Assembly: GCA_004284765.1 (NCBI GenBank)
Contig: NQJD01000018.1
Location: 1 to 32,000, forward strand
Direction: 5' to 3'
Source: Candidatus Electronema aureum
GTDB lineage: Bacteria > Desulfobacterota > Desulfobulbia > Desulfobulbales > Desulfobulbaceae
DNA: 32,000 bases
Position numbers and translations under genes: made by a program. A model generated the notes under the pieces. That model ran no database searches, was not told where the DNA came from, and saw only the letters and a program-made list of their open reading frames with translations. Shown piece by piece: positions 19,863-27,541 of the stretch (positions are counted from its first letter, which is position 1; the number at the start of each line of letters is the position of its first letter).

Positions 19863-21115
19863 ACAAGGAGCAGGCAATGCAGGGTATTGAACAGGCTGCC
19901 GCAGACCTTCGTGCCGCTATTGCCAGCAATCCCGGAGAGCACGGCACTGGTCTGGTGCAGTTTGCTAACACATACGCCTTGAAGAGCAGTCAGCGGCATT
20001 CTGCGGTTCTTCTCAAGCTAAACTGGACCAAAGCAGCGGACGAGGAGCAGCAGCATCGTGTTCTCCAAGACATGCTGGCCTTGCTTGAGGAAATTGTTGC
20101 CGACTCTGCCAGCGGCACGGCGGGCGGGGAGCCGCCGCTGAACCAACTCATTGTCCGCGCTCAGGAACATGTTCCTGAGCCGCCGCATGATGTAGTTTTC
20201 AGCTGCGAAAATCTCGGCAAAACCTACAAAAAATCCGGTTTTCAGCTCAACGGCGTGAATTTGCAGCTTCGCTTCGGCGAAATCACCGGCGTGGTCGGCG
20301 AGAACGGCAACGGCAAAACCACGCTGTTCCGCATCGTTGCCGGTGAACTGCTGCATGATCAGGGCAGCATCGCATATCCGCTGTTCGGTCAGGACAGCGC
20401 GGCAAAAAAGGGCATCAACTGGATCAAAGTCAAGGAGCAGATTGCCTATGTGCCGCAGGAGCTGCCCAAGGTGTATGGCAAATTAGAGGAGATGCTTCAG
20501 TACGAGGCCGCCATTCACGGCATCCGGGGCAAAAAAAATCTGCGGGAAGTGGATTTCATTGTCCAGCGGCTGGAACTGAGCGAGCACTTGGAAAAACGCT
20601 GGAAAGAGCTGTCCGGCGGCTTCAAGCTGCGTTTCGCCTTAGCCTGCGCCTTGGTCTGGAAACCCAAGCTGCTAATCATTGACGAGCCGTTGGCCAATCT
20701 TGATTTCAAGGCCCAGCAGGTGGTGCTAAGAGATTTGCGCAATTTGGCGGAGAGTCTGCGCTATCCCATGTCTGTGCTGATTTCCTCTCAGCATTTGCAC
20801 GAGGTTGAGGCGATTTCTGATCAGATCGTCTTCCTTGACAAAGGCAAGGTTGAATTCAACGGGCCGAAAGAGCAGCTTGGCGAGGAACGCCGTTGCAACA
20901 CCTTTGAGATGCTGGTGTCCTGCAAAGAGGAAGAACTGCGTGAGCATCTCCGGCGGCTTGCGCCGCAGCGGATTCAGCATTCCGGGGTTTCTTATGTGGT
21001 CACGCTGCCGCTGGCGGTGGATGGAAGTAGGCTGCTGCGGCATCTGCTGGAATGCGGCGTGGAGGTGGAATATTTCCGGGACATCAGCCGGTCAATCAAG
21101 CAGTTGTTTCATTAA
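19859..21115 (+). CDS. ABC-type ATPase with ~110-aa N-terminal helical extension and C-terminal accessory domain
   Basis: Walker A GENGNGKT (aa 147-154), signature LSGG (251-254), Walker B LLIIDE (271-276) and H-loop His312. It has no transmembrane segments. The N-terminal 110 aa are not part of the ABC fold. Confidence 0.85.
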   Translation: MNKEQAMQGIEQAAADLRAAIASNPGEHGTGLVQFANTYALKSSQRHSAVLLKLNWTKAADEEQQHRVLQDMLALLEEIVADSASGTAGGEPPLNQLIVRAQEHVPEPPHDVVFSCENLGKTYKKSGFQLNGVNLQLRFGEITGVVGENGNGKTTLFRIVAGELLHDQGSIAYPLFGQDSAAKKGINWIKVKEQIAYVPQELPKVYGKLEEMLQYEAAIHGIRGKKNLREVDFIVQRLELSEHLEKRWKELSGGFKLRFALACALVWKPKLLIIDEPLANLDFKAQQVVLRDLRNLAESLRYPMSVLISSQHLHEVEAISDQIVFLDKGKVEFNGPKEQLGEERRCNTFEMLVSCKEEELREHLRRLAPQRIQHSGVSYVVTLPLAVDGSRLLRHLLECGVEVEYFRDISRSIKQLFH

Positions 21116-21132
21116 TTGGCAGAGCATTTACG

Positions 21133-21918
21133 ATGATTCCTATTTTTTTCAAGAAATTGGATCAGAATTTGAGGGTGAATTATCCGATAGTTTGGCGGAC
21201 GCGAATTCACTATTTTTTCTGGTATCTTTTAATACTTTTAATGTTGACTTTCTTAGCGAAATTATTTAATTCAAATAAGCTGGATTTTTTATATAAATCA
21301 AAAGGAAATCAAGAACTTTGCATGATTATATTGACATTTCTGTCAATCTTTGTACTGCATCCGTTTTATCATCCAATCGGTGACAATCGATTAGTTAAAT
21401 GTATTTTTACTACATTATGCTATAGTTTATGTTTTTTTTCTATGTCGTCAATTATGATCCTGACCATATTACCACGTATAGATTTGTCATATTATATTTT
21501 AATAAATATATCTACGGCTTTAATAGTTACAGTTTCTTCGTCACTTAGAAGAATAAGCGATGACAATATGAAGATTTTATCTTCGTGTTGTTTAAGTGTA
21601 ATTTTTTTGTTTGCTTTCATGTTCATGATTTATTACATAAACGATACAACAATAAAATATAAATATAGTTATATATTTACAATACCTTTGATTACAATGT
21701 TTTACATTGCATTATTTATCGTTTTATCGCGACGCATCGCATCTTTTGTATTTATGTTTTTAACATTCTTCATTCTTATTTTCTTTTTATTGATTCCAGA
21801 GAATTTCTATTTTTTTTATCCAGCGGAAAAATTGAGAGTAATTTATCTGTTTATAGCATTCAATACTATGATTGCTTTTAAAGTGCTGATTCGATATATA
21901 TACTGGCCAAAGCCGTGA
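21133..21918 (+). CDS. polytopic membrane protein (7-8 TM), extremely AT-rich gene
   Basis: 261 aa from ATG 21133; the track start 21052 overlaps the ABC gene out of frame. Hydrophobic segments run throughout. G+C is 13/60 (21241..21300) and 12/60 (21601..21660) by hand count. The stop overlaps the rlmH GTG start. Confidence 0.7.
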   Translation: MIPIFFKKLDQNLRVNYPIVWRTRIHYFFWYLLILLMLTFLAKLFNSNKLDFLYKSKGNQELCMIILTFLSIFVLHPFYHPIGDNRLVKCIFTTLCYSLCFFSMSSIMILTILPRIDLSYYILINISTALIVTVSSSLRRISDDNMKILSSCCLSVIFLFAFMFMIYYINDTTIKYKYSYIFTIPLITMFYIALFIVLSRRIASFVFMFLTFFILIFFLLIPENFYFFYPAEKLRVIYLFIAFNTMIAFKVLIRYIYWPKP

Positions 21919-22379
21919 GATTCATCCTCCCCTTCCTCGGCAAAACCAAGGAAAGCTACCTTGATCACGGCATCCGCGACTACGCCGAACGCCTGCGCCG
22001 CTACGTGCCGGTGGACATCAAGGTGCTGAAAGAGCCAGGCAAAAATGAGCCGGATGCGGTGCTCATGGCCCGCGAGGCGGATTTGCTGCTGAGTCAGGCT
22101 GCCGCAGCTTCTCTGCTCGTGGCCCTTGATCCGGCTGGCCGCGAGCAGACCTCAGAAGATATGGCCGCTGCTTTAGAAAGCTGGGAAAGCCGAGGTCTGC
22201 ACACTATCTGCTTTCTCATCGGTGGCCATCTTGGCTTAGACCCGCGTGTACGCCAGCAGGCCAACGCACTTTGGTCGCTCTCCCGCCTCACCTTCACCCA
22301 CGAGATGAGCCGCTTCATCCTGATCGAGCAGCTGTACAGGGCCTGTTCGATCAAGGCCGGACACAAGTATCATCGATAA
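21915..22379 (+). CDS. rlmH: 23S rRNA (pseudouridine1915-N3)-methyltransferase RlmH
   Basis: 154 aa, colinear with E. coli RlmH from residue 1 (MRFILPFLGKTKESYL...FLIGGHLGLD...LSRLTFTHEMSRFILIEQLYRA...HKYHR). GTG start. Confidence 0.9.
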   Translation: MRFILPFLGKTKESYLDHGIRDYAERLRRYVPVDIKVLKEPGKNEPDAVLMAREADLLLSQAAAASLLVALDPAGREQTSEDMAAALESWESRGLHTICFLIGGHLGLDPRVRQQANALWSLSRLTFTHEMSRFILIEQLYRACSIKAGHKYHR

Positions 22380-22381
22380 GA

Positions 22382-23602
22382 CTACACTTCCCCGCGCAGC
22401 ACTGGCGAAATGATCTCATAGACCTGTTCCACGGTGATTGCCTTTAGGCATTGGTTGTCTGTGCAAGGAGTCTTGCGGTGATTAGCCGCGCTCACACAAG
22501 GCGAACAAGCTAATCCAGCAAAGATAGGCGTGGAATTGCCAAGCGAGCCGTACAGCTTCGGTGTTTCTGGGCCAAAGAGGACAAAGGTAGGCAGCGAGGT
22601 GATAGACGAGAAATGGCCAGGTCCAGAGTCGTTCGTCACCATCAAGGCGGCAATGCTATAGAGCAGCGGCAACTGTCCCAGCGTCACTGCCCCAGCAAAA
22701 TTACTGCAACGTGGATGATTGACACTGAGACGCTGTTGCTCTGCCTCTGCATGTTCTGCGGGCGCACCGGTGATCAAGACCAGCGTATCCGGGGTAGTAA
22801 TCAAGATGCACTGCATCAGCTTGATGTACCGCTCTGATGGCCAGCGGCGCTGCGGCAGCATCTCGCTGGCGTTAGGGTTAATCAGCACTAATCGGTGCCA
22901 CGTGCGATCATAAGCAGGATAATGCCGCGCCACCAATTCGTGCATTGCCGCCAGCTGCTGTTCGGTGAAGCTGACCAATGGTAGGCTGATTTCTGCATCG
23001 TTGATCGTTTGCTTGGAATACGGCAGCTCTGGCGTATCTGCCAGCAGACTGTTGACCAAGGCGATGAAATTCTTGGCAATATGCTGATGCGGATTATACG
23101 CCACCCGATGCGTAAGCAGCTCGCCCCGATATAAGCCCTCGTTGCAAAAGCGGTAAAAACCCACCCGGTTGACGGCTCCACTTGCACCGGTGAGTAGGGC
23201 GGTAAAGCGCGAGAACAGCTCCAGATCAATCACTGTGTCGATCTGGTGTTGCCGTGTCCAACGCAGGAAACGCAGGGTGTCCCAAGCCAAGGTAACAAGG
23301 TTGTCTTCACGCAACGTAAACACGTTCGCGGGCGGGATGGTGCCGGTGAGGTCAAGACTAGCCCGGTTATGAGCGAAGATAACGAAAAATAACTCCGCGT
23401 CGAACTGCTGCCGGGCTTTGCGCAAGGCTGGATCAGCTAAGATAGTTGATCCCATCTCAGACAACTCGATGAAGAGTATCTTCTTTGGCAGCAGCTGCGG
23501 GCTGCGCAGAACAGCCTCTCTCAGCTTCACCGCAACGGTAAGGAGAAAGGTCAGCGGGATACCTATCCAGCGATCCACTGCACGCATGGTGTCAACATTC
23601 AT
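22382..23602 (-). CDS. glycosyltransferase family 9 (heptosyltransferase-like)
   Basis: 406 aa with KKILFIELSEMGSTILADPALRKA at the N-terminus and TNDSGPGHFSSITSLPTFVLFGPETP near the C-terminus, typical of GT9. Confidence 0.85.
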   Translation of the reverse strand: MNVDTMRAVDRWIGIPLTFLLTVAVKLREAVLRSPQLLPKKILFIELSEMGSTILADPALRKARQQFDAELFFVIFAHNRASLDLTGTIPPANVFTLREDNLVTLAWDTLRFLRWTRQHQIDTVIDLELFSRFTALLTGASGAVNRVGFYRFCNEGLYRGELLTHRVAYNPHQHIAKNFIALVNSLLADTPELPYSKQTINDAEISLPLVSFTEQQLAAMHELVARHYPAYDRTWHRLVLINPNASEMLPQRRWPSERYIKLMQCILITTPDTLVLITGAPAEHAEAEQQRLSVNHPRCSNFAGAVTLGQLPLLYSIAALMVTNDSGPGHFSSITSLPTFVLFGPETPKLYGSLGNSTPIFAGLACSPCVSAANHRKTPCTDNQCLKAITVEQVYEIISPVLRGEV

Positions 23603-23682
23603 ACAGCCCTCTCAATAAAAGAACACGGAACATCTTCGATGCTCTCTTGGTAGTTTTCCCGATAAGGCGTTCGGGTTGATAT

Positions 23683-23724
23683 CGAGGCCTGCGTCGAGAT
23701 TACTCCGAGGCCTGCGTCGAGATT
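23683..23724. repeat. 19-nt direct repeat (23-nt period) spanning the stop of the UPF0104 gene
   Basis: cgaggcctgcgtcgagatt occurs at 23683..23701 and 23706..23724, separated by actc. Confidence 0.9.
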
Positions 23725-24659
23725 TCCTCGGCTTCTTTTACCTGCGGCTTGCCTTGTTGGGTCAGATAAATCACCAAGCCGGGCAATGAGGAAGCCAGCG
23801 TAGTCAGACCACAAAGCAGGGAAAAGGCCAGCACCTTGGTCTTGTCTGCGCCTACCAGCATGAAGAAGCCGACCATCGCGCCCTCGCGCACGCCCCAGCC
23901 AGCCAATGATACAGGCAGGATAGTCAGCAGGACAACAGGCGGCACCAAGGCAAGATAGACGTGCAGCGGAAAATCTAACCCAACTGCCAAACCGTTCATG
24001 AAGAAGGCACTGATCGACAGCAGATGGATAAAGATAGACAGCCCCAACTGAAGGCTAATCGCGCTGGGCGAGGAATAGACTTGGAAATACCGTTCTGACA
24101 GATTGCCGAGGAAACCGAGATATTTGCCTTGAGCAAAGAAGGCGAACTTGCGCAGCAGGAAAAGCATGAGCAGCCCGATAGCTAAGGCAACGAGAATCAG
24201 GAGCAGCGGGTATTCCACCTGCGGTGGCAGCAGCTTATGGCTCATGAGCAGGGCCGCAATGTTGAGCAGCAGCAGTCCGGCCAAGCCCACAACTCGGTCG
24301 ATAAAGACACCGAAGAAGGCTTCTTTAGCTGAACCGATCCGAGAGCAGTCAAGAATACGGATGCCGTCACCGCCAATACTGGAGGGCAGTCCTTGGTTGA
24401 AGAAAAGACCTTTGAAATAGCTGCGCAGATAGAACAGGCGCGGCGCATGAAAGCCGAGTCGTTCCATAATCAGTCGCCAGCGGCAGGAGGCAACCGTGTT
24501 GCAGAGTATCTGGACTGCAACAGCGATCAGTAGATACAGGGGCGAGGCAGCACGCAGAGCAGCTGCGGTCTCTCCGGGGTGAATATGGCTGAAGATGAAG
24601 TACAGCAGGAGGCCAGCCACACTCAGCTTGAGGCCGTAAGTCAGCAGAGTTTTCTTCAT
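23700..24659 (-). CDS. UPF0104 / lysyl-phosphatidylglycerol-synthase-TM-region-like (flippase-like) membrane protein
   Basis: 319 aa and multi-pass. The N-terminus KLSVAGLLLYFIF...ALRAASPLYLLIAVAVQILCNTVASCRWRLIM is typical of this family. Confidence 0.75.
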   Translation of the reverse strand: MKKTLLTYGLKLSVAGLLLYFIFSHIHPGETAAALRAASPLYLLIAVAVQILCNTVASCRWRLIMERLGFHAPRLFYLRSYFKGLFFNQGLPSSIGGDGIRILDCSRIGSAKEAFFGVFIDRVVGLAGLLLLNIAALLMSHKLLPPQVEYPLLLILVALAIGLLMLFLLRKFAFFAQGKYLGFLGNLSERYFQVYSSPSAISLQLGLSIFIHLLSISAFFMNGLAVGLDFPLHVYLALVPPVVLLTILPVSLAGWGVREGAMVGFFMLVGADKTKVLAFSLLCGLTTLASSLPGLVIYLTQQGKPQVKEAEEISTQASE

Positions 24660-24661
24660 GG

Positions 24662-26074
24662 TTATTTAAGCTGTTGTTCGCAGCGCGGACAGGGTTTAAA
24701 GCCTGCTGTCCGCGCCACTCTGACATTGATAAATTGCAAGGAGGATTGGGGACTGCGGTGCTGCGGGCAGTCGGGCAGATGAAAGAGGCGGGTTTCTGGG
24801 TTAGCATGAACGAGCAGGCCAAGACTGACTGGCAGCACGGGCCTCTTCCGCCGATGATGTTTTCTCTGCCAGCGGGCGGACAGCTTTTGCCACGGCTTGA
24901 GCAGCATGGCCTCCAGTAGCCAGCGGCCAGCGGCGGTCAGCGGTTCAGGCAATACAGGCCGCTCTTGCTCGACTCGGTGAAAGATAAACAGCACCAGCAC
25001 CGCAAACAGGGCATTGGGCAGCCAGAGACCGATGAACACCGGTACAGCCCGGTCTTCAGCCATCACTTGGCCAATGGTAGAAATTATGTAGTAGAGCACA
25101 AAGAAAGCTAATCCCAGCGGAATACCAATCGCCTTACGGCCCAACCCAGCCTGAAGACCGAGCGGCAAGCCAAGCAGACTGAGGATCAGGCAACCAACCG
25201 GCATGGCCAAGCGATGATGATACTCGCTCATGAAAGTGATCACATCCTGAGGATGCGCGTCAGGACGATGAGCCTCTGCCAAGAGCTGCTCCTGCGACAT
25301 GCTGCTTTTACTGAGCTGGGTGACATCGTCACCGTCAATCTTCGTGGGTGGCTTGAGCGGAATGCTCAACTGGTAGCGACTGAAACGGACGGTTTGACCG
25401 TCAAAGCCGCTGGTGCTGTGTAGGGTACCGTCGTGTAGTACGATGGTGACGGCCATCCGGCTGATATCAGCCTGCATCCGACCGTCTTTGGCCATGATGA
25501 TGATTGGCTGCTGACGACCCCGCATGTCTGAGACATAAACCCCCCGCCAAGCCCCGTCTTGATCTGTCTCATCAACATAGACTACCACCTCGCCCAAGGC
25601 TTCAGTGAACTTCTTCTCTTTAATCCCCTTGTCGATCTTCTCCTTAGCTAACTGATACATGAGCTGGCGCATGGCAATCTCACCTGCTGGGATCAAGCGG
25701 ACAGAGAAATAACCGGTCAATGTCGCAATCGCGGTAGCCAAAAGCACCACGGGCGGCAGCATCTGACGCAAACTGATACCACAGGCTTTGAGGGCCAGCA
25801 TCTCGCGATCATTGGTCAGGCGGGTGAAACCAATGATCACCCCAGTCATCCCGGCCATCGGAATGACATAGAGCAGGAGATGGGGAAAGATGTACGAGAA
25901 GAGACGAATGAAGTCAGAGAGGCCGATGCCTAAGTCCAGCACGATTTCCAGTAAAGGAATCAGCCGAACGAGAAAGAACACGCTGTACAGGATGAGAAAA
26001 CTGGCGAAAAACGGTGCCAGCAGCTCAGATGCAACGTAGCTGTACAGCAGCGGGGACAGGCCGTTACGGCGCAT
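24662..26074 (-). CDS. LptF/LptG-family (YjgP/YjgQ) LPS export permease with C-terminal Cys-motif extension
   Basis: 470 aa. The N-terminus LLYSYVASELLAPFFASFLILYSVFFLV and the overall TM layout match LptF/G. About 100 extra C-terminal residues end in FHLPDCPQH...ARTAGFKPCPRC. Confidence 0.85.
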   Translation of the reverse strand: MRRNGLSPLLYSYVASELLAPFFASFLILYSVFFLVRLIPLLEIVLDLGIGLSDFIRLFSYIFPHLLLYVIPMAGMTGVIIGFTRLTNDREMLALKACGISLRQMLPPVVLLATAIATLTGYFSVRLIPAGEIAMRQLMYQLAKEKIDKGIKEKKFTEALGEVVVYVDETDQDGAWRGVYVSDMRGRQQPIIIMAKDGRMQADISRMAVTIVLHDGTLHSTSGFDGQTVRFSRYQLSIPLKPPTKIDGDDVTQLSKSSMSQEQLLAEAHRPDAHPQDVITFMSEYHHRLAMPVGCLILSLLGLPLGLQAGLGRKAIGIPLGLAFFVLYYIISTIGQVMAEDRAVPVFIGLWLPNALFAVLVLFIFHRVEQERPVLPEPLTAAGRWLLEAMLLKPWQKLSARWQRKHHRRKRPVLPVSLGLLVHANPETRLFHLPDCPQHRSPQSSLQFINVRVARTAGFKPCPRCEQQLK

Positions 26075-27512
26075 GAGTCTCCGCTGCGGGTTGAGACGGC
26101 TGCTGCTCTTGTTGAACAGTCGGAGTCTGTTCAGGCTTGCCGATGATGTTCTTGATATTTACGTTGATCCAATTCTGATCCCACCATTCGACTGGGGTAA
26201 CAAAGATGCCGTGGACGAGCATAGAGAAATGAAGATGGTCGCCTGCGGCCATGCCAGAAGTACCGGAACGGCCTATGATCTCATTCTTTTCAACCAGTTT
26301 ATCGACGGTAGTTTCAATCCGACTGAGATGGGAATACAGGCTGCTGATGCCTTGGCCGTGGTCGAGGATCACCACATTACCGTAAATGCCAAGGTAATCA
26401 GCAAAAGCCACCCGGCCCCGGTTAGCGGCCCGGATTTCCGCGCGCTCATTGGAAGCGATGTCAATGCCGAGATGCGTCTGCTTGTCGATCTCCTGTCCCT
26501 TGTGAAAATATGTACGCTGATCGGCAAAACCAGCCCGACCCGCGCCCGGCATCCGCAGAAAGCGGTCCTGCCAGAGCTGGTCCGCCGCTGTGTTCTGACA
26601 GATTTCACTGATCTTCTCCGCATTCCTCACCCGGACGGACTGATTAACAAAGAGATATTTCTCCAAGTCCGTTCCTTTCATTTCAGGGTAAGCCTGCTGG
26701 AATTCAGGAATCTTCTTTTGCAGAAAACTCTCAGAGATTTCAATCCGATCATGCTTCTCTTTTGCCTGCTTAAAATACACGGAAAATGTCGCCTGTCCCT
26801 CATTGCCGGCTTGGTCTGATCCCACTACCCGCGTATTTTCTGGTTTGGCACTGTCCCACGGTAACGCGATATAGGCGATATAGGTTTTGTCCTTCCCTTG
26901 CAGAGGAAAACCTTGGAAGAACTGTTTTTCGATCATCACCCCGTGCCGAGATAATGGTTCTGAAGAACTGTACAACACCATGCCGCTACCGCCCTGCTGG
27001 AGGTGCATCTGTGCATGTTCGACAGTGAGCATGGGCGGGGCAGAATCAACCAGCACCGAAAAACGGAGTTCGGTGCTGTTGCGCTTGAGCGAGAAGTCAC
27101 AAACAGCCACCACTAATTCAGCTGCGCCTTCCTTCAAGCCGAGGTTCTTTGGATCAATGGTCACAGTTTCTTTCACTTCCGCCGGACCAGCTTTGGCAAA
27201 CCACGACAAGCGAGGATACTGTCGATCAAAGAGCGGAAAAGTTGTGCCGTTCTGGAGTAGATTGATAGTAATCTGGCGGATGCCGCTCTTTTTATCTGCG
27301 GCTTGAACAGGCATATCCATTGCCCCACCGACAAACTTGATTTCCTTTTCAACCGCGACGGTAGGTTTTTCAAATTCAAACAGCACAAACAGTGCCGCGC
27401 CTGCCGCAACTACCAACAGCATCGACAGAGAGATCAGCACTAAGCGAGCTATTTCTTTAGCGTTGGCGGAACGGAAATATGTTTTGAAACCGCGTCGATT
27501 CTGTTTGATCAT
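26064..27512 (-). CDS. M23-family metallopeptidase (membrane-anchored)
   Basis: 482 aa with an N-terminal TM anchor and the C-terminal M23 motifs HLGIDIAS ... GTSGMAAGDHLHFSMLVHG. Confidence 0.85.
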   Translation of the reverse strand: MIKQNRRGFKTYFRSANAKEIARLVLISLSMLLVVAAGAALFVLFEFEKPTVAVEKEIKFVGGAMDMPVQAADKKSGIRQITINLLQNGTTFPLFDRQYPRLSWFAKAGPAEVKETVTIDPKNLGLKEGAAELVVAVCDFSLKRNSTELRFSVLVDSAPPMLTVEHAQMHLQQGGSGMVLYSSSEPLSRHGVMIEKQFFQGFPLQGKDKTYIAYIALPWDSAKPENTRVVGSDQAGNEGQATFSVYFKQAKEKHDRIEISESFLQKKIPEFQQAYPEMKGTDLEKYLFVNQSVRVRNAEKISEICQNTAADQLWQDRFLRMPGAGRAGFADQRTYFHKGQEIDKQTHLGIDIASNERAEIRAANRGRVAFADYLGIYGNVVILDHGQGISSLYSHLSRIETTVDKLVEKNEIIGRSGTSGMAAGDHLHFSMLVHGIFVTPVEWWDQNWINVNIKNIIGKPEQTPTVQQEQQPSQPAAETHAP

Positions 27513-27541
27513 AGTCAGTCTCTTGTTATGGCGTATACTTT

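Noticed and set aside
21052-21132. Upstream extension of the membrane-protein ORF
   Set aside because: It overlaps the ABC ATPase 3' end in another frame and is GC-rich, unlike the rest of the gene. ATG 21133 coincides with the composition switch.
23691-23700. 10-mer tgcgtcgaga shared between the 23.7-kb duplication and the IS630 tail (205..214, 11947..11956)
   Set aside because: Many exact 10-mer coincidences are expected by chance in a 32-kb window. There is no extended similarity around it.
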